Assembly: GCA_043228905.1 (NCBI GenBank)
Contig: JBHGNT010000016.1
Span: 6,200,001-6,264,000 of the forward strand
Length of the DNA: 64,000 nt
Origin: Azolla caroliniana
Lineage: Eukaryota > Plantae > Polypodiophyta
Direction of reading: 5' to 3'
Shown here: positions 51,050-63,613 of the stretch, in pieces
How positions within the stretch are numbered: position 1 is the stretch's first letter
How the letters are laid out: each line of letters opens with the position of its first letter
Notes under the pieces: generated by a model
Told to the model about the DNA's origin: nothing
Database searches by the model: none
The model's input: only the letters and a program-made list of their open reading frames with translations
Position numbers and translations under genes: made by a program

Positions 51050-52300
51050 CCTAATTCCTTTATCTTGAATCGACTCCTCATTAGATAGGCTTTGTTTTAG
51101 ATTGAATTCTTCTTAAAAGTCTTCCAACTTCCGTAATTTCATTTGAATTTTGACAATCCAATAGTGAGAAGTAGAATATGTCCATCAAATGCAAACAAAC
51201 TACTAGCAATGCTACATAATCCGATTCAATACTATCGTGTCCTCTATTTTGGGGATTCTCTCTGGACTGATTGGTGTTGGCCACCTTTATTGAATCAGAA
51301 TGGAATGGGCCCAATTCTTCCACAATGAGAAGTTTCCTTTGTGAAACTTGCAAATCTCAAAGTTTCTTTTGTATTGAAGCACCTTTTTTATTGTGGTAAT
51401 TTGCTAGACAAACATTGGAACATCTTTGACAAACATTTCCACAAATAGTATTAAGACTCTTAAGTGGTCACACTCCCACAACCAAGGTCTACATCCTCCC
51501 CTTTTTGCCCCAGGTACCTTGTAAATCATTTGATTGGGTAGCAATTCAAATATTTGTACATTGATATATTGCAAGTCATTGCCACATGTTTGTGGCAATA
51601 TGCATGAGATCGATTGACCAAGATTAGGAATGTTAAAATAGAACGTGGAAAATGTCCACTAGAGATTAGTTATGATAGTATTGACCATGTGTTTCACGCT
51701 CAAATTTTAAAAGAGATAAATTAAGAGGCAGTCAGAGATTAGTCAAGTTTGTAATGGCCATATTAAAAGAGACTTAGTCAAGTTCATGATAAGTTAAATG
51801 GTCTCAATATTCATTCTTAAAATAGACCCGGCATGCTTTGATCACCATGAAAAGTCAATAACAATAGCAAAACACTAGCCAAAGATCATGTTTTTACCTT
51901 CATCAAGTTATCGCTCCACGACCATGCTCATGTTGAAACATTGTTCAAGCTTGTCGGTTATTTCATAATGTCCATGTTCAAAAGAAGCCACTCAAGTTCA
52001 AGGTTTACTTAGAAAGGAAGTTCAACGTTGAAAGTTGGTTGCCTTTAAATGAGATTAGCTCAAGTTTGTACTAGAAGAGATGGGAATTCCTCATTTCATG
52101 CTCTCACTTCATCATTGTTGAAAAGTTTGTTGTGCGCCCGTATGCACCAACACTAGAGAGAAAGTCGTTGTATCCTCTGATTTGAAGGAATAACTTATTT
52201 GTACTACAATCAATCAACAATTTACCATACTAGAGAGAAAGTCGTCGTGTCGTTTGATCCGAAGGAATAAATGATTTGTACTATAATCAATCGGCAATTT
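51050..52300 (-). mobile_element. Possible degenerate hAT transposase remnant
   Basis: A frameshifted SHCG/KNWAH..LIQ...SPER segment near 51250-51340 resembles the hAT dimerization motif SS.CERNWS.F. A 77-bp duplication lies at 52152-52305. Confidence 0.35.
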
Positions 52301-52874
52301 ACCATGTTTACCATTCGATTGGTTGATTTTTGAGGGTCCAAACAAACAAAGACAATCACCATTTGTTTACGATCCGACTCAAAGAAACGAGCATTGTCGC
52401 CTAGTTGCAGACATTGCCGAAAAAGACGATGGGAATTACACTTGTGTTTGATGAAAATATATGTCGTATATTTGAAGTAAAAAAAAAAGAAAAGTTTTGT
52501 TCGATGCAAGGAAAAAATTGTCATCAGGGGAAAATATCGATAACAAGATGTCCTTCCGAAGGAAGGAAAAGCAAAAGAAAAAGAAAGGAACTATGAAGAG
52601 ATAACTGATTTCATTAAGCTCTCTCTCTTGTTTGTGTCGAGGTTTTCTTTAGTTTACTTCACAAAAAAAAAAGAAAAAAAAAAAGTATATTCATGTCTCA
52701 TGTGTATAATGTCCTCTTTGAAATAGTGTAGCCTAAGAGGAGATTTTGCTCATAATAAACCTTTGATCTTTCTTTCTTTTTGGCTCATAATGAAAGCTTT
52801 GATTTTCTTCAAGCTTTGATTTTCTTCTTCTTTCCGAGGGGGTTCCCAAAGATTTACAAAAAAGATTTAGCTAG

Positions 52875-54866
52875 CTAGCTGACCAAGGCTGCTGGGGAAG
52901 GGAAATGTGTGCCGAACCACTCTGCGGCTTGCGTAGGGTTCACTACTTCTTCGATGCAAACGAGTTCTTCTTCGCCCATGTCTTCTTCTTCTTCTTCTCC
53001 GCTATCCTCGTGTGGTGGTTTCAAGCCCCCATGGGGATCCATCGTTTCACACTCCTTGCCCGAGGGCCGATCGGTCATCATCGTCTCATAACCATCGGCC
53101 GTTTCACACTTGTCCCCAGTCCGATCCATCATGGTCGTCTCACAACGATCGGCTGAGGATCTATCCATGGTCTCACATCCATCTGCCCAATCATCTTCCA
53201 TCGGCGGGGCAGCATTCAGGTCGATGATAGAAGGTGAGACGAATTGATCATGATGATGATGAAGACTCCTAGGTCCCACGGTGGCGGTGCATAATACATT
53301 GAGAGGTTCCGAATTGTTCTTAACATCTTCTTCTTCTTCTTCGGGAGGAATCGCGTTGAGATCTATGAAAACGGGCCGAGGGTTGGGTTTCGAGGTTCTC
53401 ATTCCTTCATCTGGCCTCGATCCAGTGTCCATCTTCGATCCAATGCCCATCTTTGATTCAATGATCTGCTTCAGAGCTGAAGATTTCGATGAATCTGGCA
53501 GTGATGGGGATGAGGAGGATGCCTCTGGTTTCTCTTCAGGCCTACCACAAGGATGTGGATGCAATGGTCTCAGGGATGGCCATGGCTTCTTCATTTGGAC
53601 TTCAGCCGAAGATGTGAGATCATGCAAAGAAGGAAGGTCCTCCAAGCCTTCCATCGAAGGAGCATCTGTTGGGGAGGATGAATCTCCTCTCTTTGTTTCT
53701 TCAGACACGAATGATGATGGTTCCTCCATCTCTTCTTCGCGAGAAGTGGCCTGGGGCATTTCACTGCCTTCGCCTTCTTCGCCTACTACTGCTGCCTTCT
53801 TATTCATACAAGAGCTTTGGATCGAGGAAGGAGATGGTGTCATTAGGTCTTGCTCTCCCATCTCTTCTCGAGAAACCCTAGGTTGCGAAGGAGGAGCTTC
53901 TTCTTTCTTGTTCTCAACATCTACCCGATGATTCACGGTATTATGCAGCATAGGAGGGGGCCTTGGTGACCTAGATGATGATGAGGAGGAGGAGTAATCT
54001 CCCTGAAAGACATAAGCATGAGCCAAAGCACATGCAAGCTCCCATGCTTCTTGTTTCCTCTTCAACATCTCCAAACTCTCATTGTTGTTGTTGTTGCTGC
54101 GTTGTTGTTGTTGTTGTTGTTGCAGATCCTGATGGAGAGAGAACAGCTCCTGATACCTTCTCTGGCGAGGGTTTGGGTTTCCCTCGGCTCCAGATCTTGG
54201 CGGGACGCCCCCTAGATCTTTCCCTTTCATGGCCTCCTCTCCTTGTATTGGAAGGGATGATGGATCTGGCTCATTACTGTTCGCACTATAACAAACCGAT
54301 GTAATGGTACGGTGATCTCGAGGAGGAAGAGGAGGAGGGTTTGGGCGGCCATCGTTCATGCCGGGCATAGCCATAGAAGCCCCAAAAGGGGGTGAGGCTG
54401 TGTTGCAACTACTATTGCTATTACTGCTCCGAGAGCTAGGGTTAAGGTTAAAGTTAGGGTTAGGGTTAGGGTTTGTCTCGCGGTGATGCAATGAAATTTG
54501 GGGGCTGCGGCCTCGACCAGTACTGGTAGTATTGTATTGTCCATGATAATTACGTTGGGCGGCGGAGGTAGCATGATGATTATGATTGCCATAGCCATTG
54601 CCGTGGCCTCGGATCGAGGAGGTGTTGGAGATCTTGCGGGCCTTGTGGTGATGGTTCACATGGTCACTGCCGTGCGGGTGGTAGGGGGGGCTACTCCGAT
54701 CCCGGGTACCATGGATCTCGCCGCTATTGAACTGGGAGGAGGGGCTGCGATCTCGGGTACCAGGATGATGGTGATGGTGGTAGGGATCGCCTCGGAAGGG
54801 TCTGCGATGATTGTGCTGCTTGTGCTGGGGAGGGGGAGGGGGAGGGGAGGACGAGGATCTGCCCAT
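52875..54866 (-). CDS. Intronless 663-aa low-complexity protein with two DLNxxP EAR motifs; no family recognised
   Basis: Uninterrupted 1992-nt ATG-initiated ORF, richer in GC than its flanks, with poly-P/H/Q/N/S/E tracts and the motifs FIDLNAIPP and IIDLNAAPP. A TATA box and CT/GA tracts lie upstream. Confidence 0.75.
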   Translation of the reverse strand: MGRSSSSPPPPPPQHKQHNHRRPFRGDPYHHHHHPGTRDRSPSSQFNSGEIHGTRDRSSPPYHPHGSDHVNHHHKARKISNTSSIRGHGNGYGNHNHHATSAAQRNYHGQYNTTSTGRGRSPQISLHHRETNPNPNPNFNLNPSSRSSNSNSSCNTASPPFGASMAMPGMNDGRPNPPPLPPRDHRTITSVCYSANSNEPDPSSLPIQGEEAMKGKDLGGVPPRSGAEGNPNPRQRRYQELFSLHQDLQQQQQQQRSNNNNNESLEMLKRKQEAWELACALAHAYVFQGDYSSSSSSSRSPRPPPMLHNTVNHRVDVENKKEEAPPSQPRVSREEMGEQDLMTPSPSSIQSSCMNKKAAVVGEEGEGSEMPQATSREEEMEEPSSFVSEETKRGDSSSPTDAPSMEGLEDLPSLHDLTSSAEVQMKKPWPSLRPLHPHPCGRPEEKPEASSSSPSLPDSSKSSALKQIIESKMGIGSKMDTGSRPDEGMRTSKPNPRPVFIDLNAIPPEEEEEDVKNNSEPLNVLCTATVGPRSLHHHHDQFVSPSIIDLNAAPPMEDDWADGCETMDRSSADRCETTMMDRTGDKCETADGYETMMTDRPSGKECETMDPHGGLKPPHEDSGEEEEEDMGEEELVCIEEVVNPTQAAEWFGTHFPSPAALVS

Positions 54867-55100
54867 TGGGATGTGATGGAGGGCCTACCCACAAAGGGTC
54901 TATTCTCCTAAATTCTTCTTCTGTTTCTCCTTCTCTCCTTCAGAGATCGATCTCTTCTTCTACTGCTGCTGCTCCTGGTTCTGGTCCTGGTCCTGGTCCT
55001 GGTCCTGCTTCTGGCTATGGCGGCGGCAGCTTCTGTTGATGGAGCCTCTTCTGTGTGTTTCTGTAGTGTCTGTCTGTGATCCATCTGAGTTGCTCTGTGT

Positions 55101-55107
55101 ATTTATA
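55101..55107 (-). promoter_or_regulatory. TATA box of the 663-aa gene
   Basis: Minus strand GCCTATAAATAC about 235 bp upstream of the ATG, downstream of (CT)n/(GT)n tracts. Confidence 0.6.
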
Positions 55108-55176
55108 GGCGGAAGGGAAGGGAAGGGAAGGAGCAGGACGATGATGCCATGCGTACACACACACACACACACACAC

Positions 55177-55210
<34 letters not shown>

Positions 55211-55308
55211 CCAAAAGGAAAGTTAGGGGGCCGTTTCACACTTGGGCGGACGGACAGTCCAGCTGTCCACCCTCCCCACCTCTCCCTTAGGCTCACCACC
55301 AACACAAA

Positions 55309-55349
<41 letters not shown>

Positions 55350-55835
55350 GTAATAATGTATATATATGTACATATGACACACACACAAATACAAGTCTCT
55401 CTCTCTCTCTTCAAGACAACATTCCTTTCCCACGTCTTCTCTTTCTCGTATATATGTACATATCCCATGTTTCACCCCCGCCCCAACCCGGGACGATCAC
55501 ATGAATGAAACCCTGAATATCTCCGGAAGCTTTTCGCCGCAAGTACTCCGTCAATATACCCCAAGTGAAACCCTATTCCATCTATGTATCTATCCCCCCT
55601 TGCCTGGGATCACTCACAATACCGCACCTCCATCGCCCATCGCCCTCGACCTCGATTACCATTCTTCTTCTGTCTCCTAAAATCACACTTGCAAGGGAAG
55701 GGTCTAATCCTTTTCATTCACTTTTAGCTTGCCACCCCCCCCCCCCCCCCCCCCCCCATGGGAAAAAGAAGAAGATGAAGAAAGAAAGAAAATAAGACAT
55801 GTGTCTCCATGTGAAACACATAGCCATCCGTTCAT

Positions 55836-55883
<48 letters not shown>

Positions 55884-58393
55884 CTGATCTTCGTGCATCC
55901 CCCTCCCTTGTGTTCATAGTTGTGGCCCACTTGCCCCCCACCCCCAACCAAATTTAGCTATGGGTCAGAAGGGCACCTTCACAGATTTTAATAAGCTCTC
56001 CATAAAGCAATAATGCAACTTGTTTTTATTCACCAATGGCTACCTAACCTATGGACCACAGTTTTTTTTTTGCTAAACATGAGCATCTTAGATATGACAC
56101 CTCCTTTATGCCGTTTTAGATAGCTTTCCCACCATACCCACTTTGTGCTTTAATTTGAAGTGTTGATTGCTTTTTAGCAGTTCATTCCTACAGAAAAAAA
56201 TTGTATCAAGTGTACAAAGCAAGCAAGAAACCAAATGAATACAAGAAAGCCAACCAAGACGATACTTCTTTCAAAAGCACTTCGGGATCATATTGGGGTA
56301 GCAAGAATTAGTGCTAACACGAGAGCTAGAGAGAATTGTTGGTGGTCGTGTGGCGAGGAAATGTTGATTAAGGTCTTTGACGCATTTTCTCCTGTGAAAT
56401 TTGACAATAGGACCCTTTCAATGTGACACTCATATCATGATAATGATGTATATGTGAGTGACTTCCCACCTCTCTATTGCTTTCTCACAATATTATGTGA
56501 TTAAAGCCTTTCTCTATCACAACATTATTATGGAACCAATGGTGATTCATATATAATTAATTTGGCACAACCTTTCAATGTGGTGGGCATGACCATTCAA
56601 AGGCTAATGTTCCAGCGAGCAAGACACGTGTGTCGAAATGAGTAAGAAGCACATGCAAAGTGTGTCGGCGAAAACTAAGTGTTATCATAGCATACATCCA
56701 ATTTACAAACCTCTAAATCTAAGATAGTACTTTTAGTCACCTTGGTCCCCTATAACACATACACTATTTTTTCCTTTTATGTGATCGGATTTTCTACAAA
56801 GGATTCATTCTTTAGGCAATTTGGTCATATGATCTTTTGAGTTTCAATAAACAAGCTTTTTGAACTTACTCAATTTGTCTCCTAATTCGAAGGGTTAAAT
56901 AAAGTTTGAGCAAAACAAATGACAAACGCTTCAATTAATTGTAAATGATATGATGGTGCACACAATCATCAACGATAACAATGACCAATTACAAGTGCAA
57001 CTCTAATAATGAAGAATGCAAGAGGATAGAGGCGATACTTTGAAGATAACTTGATTGAGGATACTTACATAGCTAATACTTTGCTAATCTCCTAACTATT
57101 CTATAAATTGTCAACTCTTATATTTTGTTTGTCTCCCTCTTTTCTAGAGAAAGTTGGGGAAGAAATTCTTATATTGGAATACTACTAAATTGTCGTTGGC
57201 ATGTAGGGTGGTGGTTGCCAATCAAGTATTGTTGGCTTCCATGTGGTACATTTTGTCGGCTTGGTTGTACTTGTGTTCGACTTTATCACAAGTACAAAGG
57301 CTTATTAGGAATTTCCTTTGGGGATCTAAAGATTGTTCATATGTCAAAGCCAAACTGTCTTGGAAAGTTATTACAACTCCAAAGGAAGAGGGTGGTCTTG
57401 GATTGATTGACCCTCTTTTACAATGTATGGCTTTTTGGGGAAATTTTCTTATAAGAGGCTTGTTGCCAAGAGGGGCGCCATGGAAAACAATTTTGAGGCA
57501 AATAATGCTTAAGGTTATGCCTTCTACTACCGACAATTAAAACGATACTATTATATCGTGGTTTCTAAGAGGTTTTATTCATTCCATTTATATTTTTTGC
57601 CAAGATAAATTGTTTGGGGGTATGATGAAGGTATGTTGGGATTTGAAGCATAATTTGGTCTAATCTCTACCATCATGTGAAGAATGGTTGCATTAGCCCC
57701 TCATAAAGAACCCACTATTTCAAACGGAGGAGGGGGTAATGTTAGGGAAGAGAACTAGATTGAAGTGGGCTGATTTTGATAGAGGAGAAGATGGGTCAAT
57801 AAGGAATTGGTTGACTTTTTCTTCTTTGGCGGTGAAAAATAGAAACCATGTTTGTAGAACAATTTGGGGAGGGCCCATTATGTATGCAAAGATGGATAGA
57901 GTGTTTACGATGTCATCCTTTCAACCTTCTCAAAATTGTCTATTTTGGCATGGTATGTTTTTAGCCTTACATGTCTTGTTGAGGGTCAAGAGTTATAAAA
58001 ACTCTCATGAATGTCCCTATTTCGATGTTTTGCCTTCTAGATAGCTTCATTATATTTTTATGGAAGACGACATCGTAACTCAAGGGAGTATGTTGCCTAT
58101 TCCTATATTGTGGAAGAATGGTAAAATTTTGTGGATGTTGAATCCACATCCAAATTATATAAATAGTTTATCGGAATTGTGGGCCCATTGATCATCTTCT
58201 GTGGGATATAGGTTGAGTGGAAATGGCAAATCATATCAACGCAAGGAATACTAGGTAAGCAAATCCCTTCTTTTCAAACCTTTGTAAAAACGGGTAGAGA
58301 ACTGTTGAAGGGTTTGGTTGTTGTCCTAGCAGCTTATAAATTTTGGAGATAGGGTTATGTACAAGACTCTTGGTTTGTCACTTATTGGAAATG

Positions 58394-61123
58394 TGTTGAG
58401 CGGACAACCTCAACATGGGCCAAATTGGCTGAATAAGCCAAGGCCCGGATTCGGAGAGTCGGATCGGAGAGAACCAGATCGGGCTCCGGATCAGTGCGAA
58501 CGGGTAGGCCGTTAGAGGCCTACGATCCTAGCCTAGTAGATAGACATATTTTTGGGAGTTAGTGTTAGAGCTCAGTTATGAGCATTGAAGTACTTGCTAG
58601 TATTTTTGCTAGCCCTTTTAAGGACTTGCATAAAAGTGCTCTCTGAGCACATTCGATGTATAGAGTGTGTTAATAATTAGGTAATTAAGCACAGGTTAAT
58701 TAGTACCGAATTATGTGATTAAGTTAAGCAGTAGAAGGTTACGTGAAATGTGTGTAAGAGGAAGAGAGAGAGGAAGATACACTTATGAACAATAATATAA
58801 ATGGGGGATGATTAATGAGAGTGTGTATTAAAAAGCATCATCCAATACAAAAATACCCACAATGAGGTATATATACATCTCATGTGCAAAGGTGCACATG
58901 TATGAGTGGAATATAGGTACAAAGGACAGTGGAGGATCTACAATGTATCCCACTCAAGTGCAAAATCCTATTTAAGGTTTTAAGGTTAACTAGATTCTAT
59001 CTAGGTAACTACAAAGTTACGTGTGTTGACTAACTAACTAAATCTAGTTGAGCTTGATATCTCAACACACCCCCTTAAGCTCAAGTGTGAGGCGTCCGAT
59101 ATATGGTTTTGCTTTCAGAGTTATCCGGCTTTCGATGTCGGCTTCTGTTCGGCTTTCGACGTCGGCATTTTCGTGGCAGTCTCGGTTCCTCCTCCTCAAG
59201 CCTGTGACAAAGGTTTATAGCGTTAAATGGTTGAAGGCTGAGTGCTTGCACGCATCGTGGGTCACGAGCCACTTTTGTAGAGCTCTCAGGCCCTTGTTCA
59301 GTCGCTACCTTCATCGCGAAGGCACTTGTATGCCTTCTTCTCGGATGAGTATCCTACGAGGATACATTTCTCCAATTTCGCATCGGCTTCTGTCGGTTTT
59401 TGTTCGGGATGCGTACATTCGCAATGCATCCGTACACCTTGAGGTGCGACAGGATTGGCTTCCTTCCGACGAGGAGCTCGTATGGAGTTAGGTCATGCAC
59501 TCCATTAGTGGTGCATCGATTCATGAGATAGATGGTCGTTGATGCCGCTTTGGCCCAATAAATGTTCGACATGTGCGTCTCATGCATCATGACGCATGCT
59601 ACCTCGAGTATTTGTTGATTATTCCTTTCGGCGACTCCATTTTGTTGGGGTGTGTGTTGGCATGAGAATTCTCTTTGAATGCCTTCACCTTGGAGGTAGG
59701 AGATGAATTCGTTGGACCTTGTTTGGTATGGAAGTGCCCCCTTCTTCCGAAGGTTCCTTGATGGTTTATGTTGCTTGTCGAATATTTGAGTTCCCTTGGT
59801 GAGATGGGTCGAATCGACCTCTTCTACTGCCTCGGCCACCATCTGAATTCGAGAAGAACATTTGTCCTTCTGACATCTTGGTCTTGGTTCAGACGTGGTT
59901 CTTTTCGACCAATAGCATTGATTGAAGGTCAAAGAACGAATGAGGGTTTTCTCTCACTAGGATAGCCTTCCTTAATGAGCCGAATCGTTGTGTGAGGCCG
60001 CCCAAGCATACTTGAACCATCTTGACTCGGTGACGTTTATGTTGATGGAACCAAGCGAGTCGCAAATGCTCTTAATTTTGGTAGTGTAGTTCGACACAGA
60101 CATCTTTTTGTCGAATATTGTTAAACTCTTGCCGGAGTTGAAGCTTGTGGGTGGTCGTGTTGGCGGCGAACATCTTCATCAAATTCTCCCATGCCTCTTT
60201 AAGCGTGTCAGCGTCTCGAATGTGGCTAATCATGTGGTCGTGGACACATGTTGCCAATCAATACATTACCCGACTCGCTCCTTGTCGGGTTTGTTTTCGA
60301 GTGCACCGGTGATGTAGCTCCAATACCCTTGGCCAACTAGGTATTGGTTCATCTTATACTCCCAAGATGAATAATTGCTCCGGTCTAGCTTTTCATTAGG
60401 GAGCAAGCAACCCATTTGTGTGTTCATGTTGTTGTGTCTTCGTTTTTGGCTTTTCTTCCTTCAGTCACGCACACATGCTACGTAGCGATACTACGGTAGC
60501 GGATAGCCGGATTTTGTCGTCGGTGTGTCGAACACACAATCACGGAGTTGGGTGGGCTTAGTGGATGTGCTAAACCACACACTCTAATATCATGTTAATA
60601 ATTAGGTAATTAATGAAGGGTTAATTAGTACCTAATTATGTGATTAAGTTAAGCAATAGAAGGTTATGTGATATGTGTGTGAGAGGAAGAGAGAGAGGAA
60701 GATACACTTATGAACAATAATATAAATGGGGGATGATTAATGAGAGTGTATATTAAAAAGCATCATCCAATACAAAAATACCCACAATGAGGTATATATA
60801 GGTACAAAGGTGTAAATCCTATATTAAATGAACATGAGAGTGGAGGATCTACAATGTATACCACTCAAGTACAAAATCCTATTTAAAGCTTTAAGGTCAA
60901 TACACCAAGTAGATTCTATCTAACTACTAAATTACGTGTGTTGACTAGCTAACTAAATCTAGTTGAGCTTGATATCTCAACAGAGTGATATTTGTGAATC
61001 TGAGTTTTGTGTGTTCTACTCTCTCTATGTATCTCCAAGCTTTCCATTAAACCTTCATTCTATTTCTATTGCTATCTAGATGAGCCGGTTGTGTCTACGA
61101 GCTTCCGCACGTAACTCGTTACA
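58394..61123. mobile_element. Solo LTR (about 410 bp: 58394-58667 plus 60988-61123) split by a Copia insertion
   Basis: Termini TGTTG...TTACA with TSD AAATG at 58389-58393 and 61124-61128. Confidence 0.8.
58668..60982 (-). mobile_element. Internally deleted Ty1/Copia element with both LTRs (58668-59067 and 60593-60982)
   Basis: LTRs TGTTAATA...CTCAACA, TSD GAGTG (58663-58667 and 60983-60987), degenerate Met PBS TGATATTAGAG and PPT AAGGGGGTG. Gag remnant LPNEKLDRSNYSSWEYKM and integrase GIQREFSCQHTPQQNGVAER...TPYELLVGRKP are present; RT and RNase H are absent. Confidence 0.93.
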
Positions 61124-62641
61124 AAATGACTATGGGTCATGCAAATGCCTAAAAATGTTATATTGTTTAGATGGTTGTTGGTACATTATGGGAATCCTGT
61201 GAAGTCATGGATGTGGGGGCATTGCCATGATTTTAAATGTGATAGTTATGCTTTTCCCATTGAATCAGTTCACCATGTCTTATGGATATGTCCTATTCCT
61301 AGAGCAGTTTGAAAAAGAATGTTGAGAATTGTGTATCTTGTTTATGGTAAACGTGTACACATGGGGTTTTGTGAGATGGGGATGGTTGGGTGAAGAAGTA
61401 TAGAATTATGAGAATAAAGTGGAGATATGCTCCACCAATATGGCTTTTGCTAAGGTAGATGTGTGAGGGTTTTTGCCATTCGACATGTTGGTTGATGAGG
61501 GTATGATAGTTATGTTTTCCTATGTGAGTTTTTTGTAGCCTTTGGGCATCTTACCAAGGTGAATCTTTCATTTTTTTAAAAATGATTGTAGTGGTTACCC
61601 CGTTCACACATAGGGTAGTAATGCTTCGTCCATCACATAACATCTTTGCTTATATATCATTAGGTATTAAGCCTCGACTACTACAAGGTACCTTAACATC
61701 TATTAATGACATTGTAACTTGATCATCATCCCCTTTATAGTTATTATAGGTGATCGGTCATACAATTACATTATGGTTTTATTATTATAACCCGTTGAAT
61801 AGCCAATATCCAACATTGGAATCTACTCACTCCCTTGTGGCTTTCATGTATAAATATCAAGATAAAATGAAACTATGCAAGTTATATGACCACACGTGAA
61901 CTTTTACCTTTTACCTTTATGAAGGTAACTAGAAACCACGTTCTATCATGGTATCATAATCTGAGGGTTATTCACTAAATGTGAAAGTGTTTTTAGAATT
62001 CAAGCTATTGGGCACTAGAAGAATATAAGATATGGAGAATTCACATACGGAGGGCAGAACATGAACCAAGATCGAGGATAAGTCAAACTAAAAGCAAGAA
62101 ACATGGAGAAAAGTAAAAGAAGAAAAAAGTGGGTCACCAAAACACAGTCTGAAACGAACGCTCATAACTCTTTCGTTTAAAACCCAAATATAATGTGCAA
62201 ATATGGGTCGTGAAGTCAGCTATGTTTAGAACTTTAGATGTCTAAATTTGGAGCTTTGGTGAGAGAGATATAACGAAACGAAGGTCGTTGTGTCATAGCA
62301 AAAAATAGGAGATGAAAAACTTCTAAAAGAAGTGTGAAAAAGAAAGCAAGGGGAATTTATCTAATAGAGGAGACCTTTATATAAAGCAAGAAGAGTAAGG
62401 TTGTGTGGTTTTTTTGTTCTTAGTCTATTTCTTGCGGTGTTTTCTTTTCAATTCATGTAGTGTGGTTGAGTTGTTATCAATATATATTTGTAGATTTGGA
62501 TTTATGTATCTTCTTTCTCTCTTCCTTCCATCATGATCATTCATTATCAATAGATCTTTGTAGTTTTGGATTTATATATCTTCTTTATCTCTTTTTTCTA
62601 TCATCACTCTTTCAACTGACACAACCTCTTTCTTGCCCATA

Positions 62642-62825
62642 TGTTGTTAGTCCTATGACACATAGTTACTTGGTAGTTAAGTCTCCACCTCCTCTCCAAG
62701 AGGTGGTTGTAGTAAGAGAACATAGAGAGAAGGCGACTACATAAGCTCCTTCTCCTCTTCTTTGTAATGTGATGTTGTTGGTTTACCTTGTTAATACAGT
62801 TTTCTTGTTTTCTATATACTTCGTG

Positions 62826-62918
<93 letters not shown>

Positions 62919-63613
62919 CCGCTGCACAAAATCACACTCGATTCTTTACATGGTATCAGAGTGATTGTGACTTGATCCAGGCCCATCCATGTGTGTTTTC
63001 CTTACGCCGACATTCACAAAGAATCGGTTGATCATTGTAGCAGCAACCCTGCACAGTTCGTATCACAGAGAAGAAGAAGAAATCACAAGTCGACCGTCAT
63101 GAACACTCTTATGGGTAGCTCTCTCCCTAATGAAAAGCTGGATAAAAACAACTTCACATATTGGGAGTACAAGATGCACCAATACCTTGTTGATGAAGGC
63201 TATTGGAGTTATATCGAAGGAGCACAAGAAACGCAACCCAACCCAACACGTGTCAACTCCCTAGCATGGGAGCAAGCGCCAAGCTGTTTGTTGTAGTGCC
63301 TTGCATCATGCATTCATGATCACATGCTTGGCTACATTCGACAGGCCAAAATGTTGAAGGAGGCGTGGGGGAACCTCTAAAAGATATTCGCAGCCAACAC
63401 AACCACACGAAACATCAACTCCGTCAAGAATTGAACAATATCCAACAGAGGGATATGTCAATTGGTAGCTACACCTTGAAGATCAAGGAGTTGTGTGACT
63501 CCCTCGGGGCGATCAATGTCAACATTGACGCTGACGAAATGGTGAAAATATGCCTCAGAGGCCTAGCACCTCGGTTCAACGCAATAAGGTATTGTCCTCA
63601 CAAGGGAGAATCT
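62642..63613 (+). mobile_element. 5' part of a Ty1/Copia element: LTR 62642-62950, tRNA-iMet PBS 62951-62961, degenerate gag
   Basis: LTR end CTTTACA is followed by TGGTATCAGAG. Gag reads MNTLMGSSLPNEKLDKNNFTYWEYKMHQYL...QLRQELNNIQQRDMSI..Y..KIKELCDSL, with stops and a frameshift. The LTR start is inferred. Confidence 0.88.

Larger units (their letters stand above)
57140..61500 (+). mobile_element. Degenerate L1-like LINE 3' region, interrupted at 58394-61123
   Basis: LSLACRVVVANQVLLASMWY...QRLIRNFLWG...AKLSWKVITTPKEEGGLG before the insertion; a zinc-finger-like remnant ESVHHVLWICP resumes after 61128. Confidence 0.8.

Noticed and set aside
54438-54473. (TTAGGG)n-like tract suggesting an interstitial telomere
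   Set aside because: It is about five degenerate hexamers encoding NPNPNPNFNLNP inside the ORF, best explained as a coding microsatellite.
53281-54911. Plus-strand ORFs of 216, 137 and 109 aa
   Set aside because: They are antisense shadows of the low-complexity minus-strand gene with no independent motifs.
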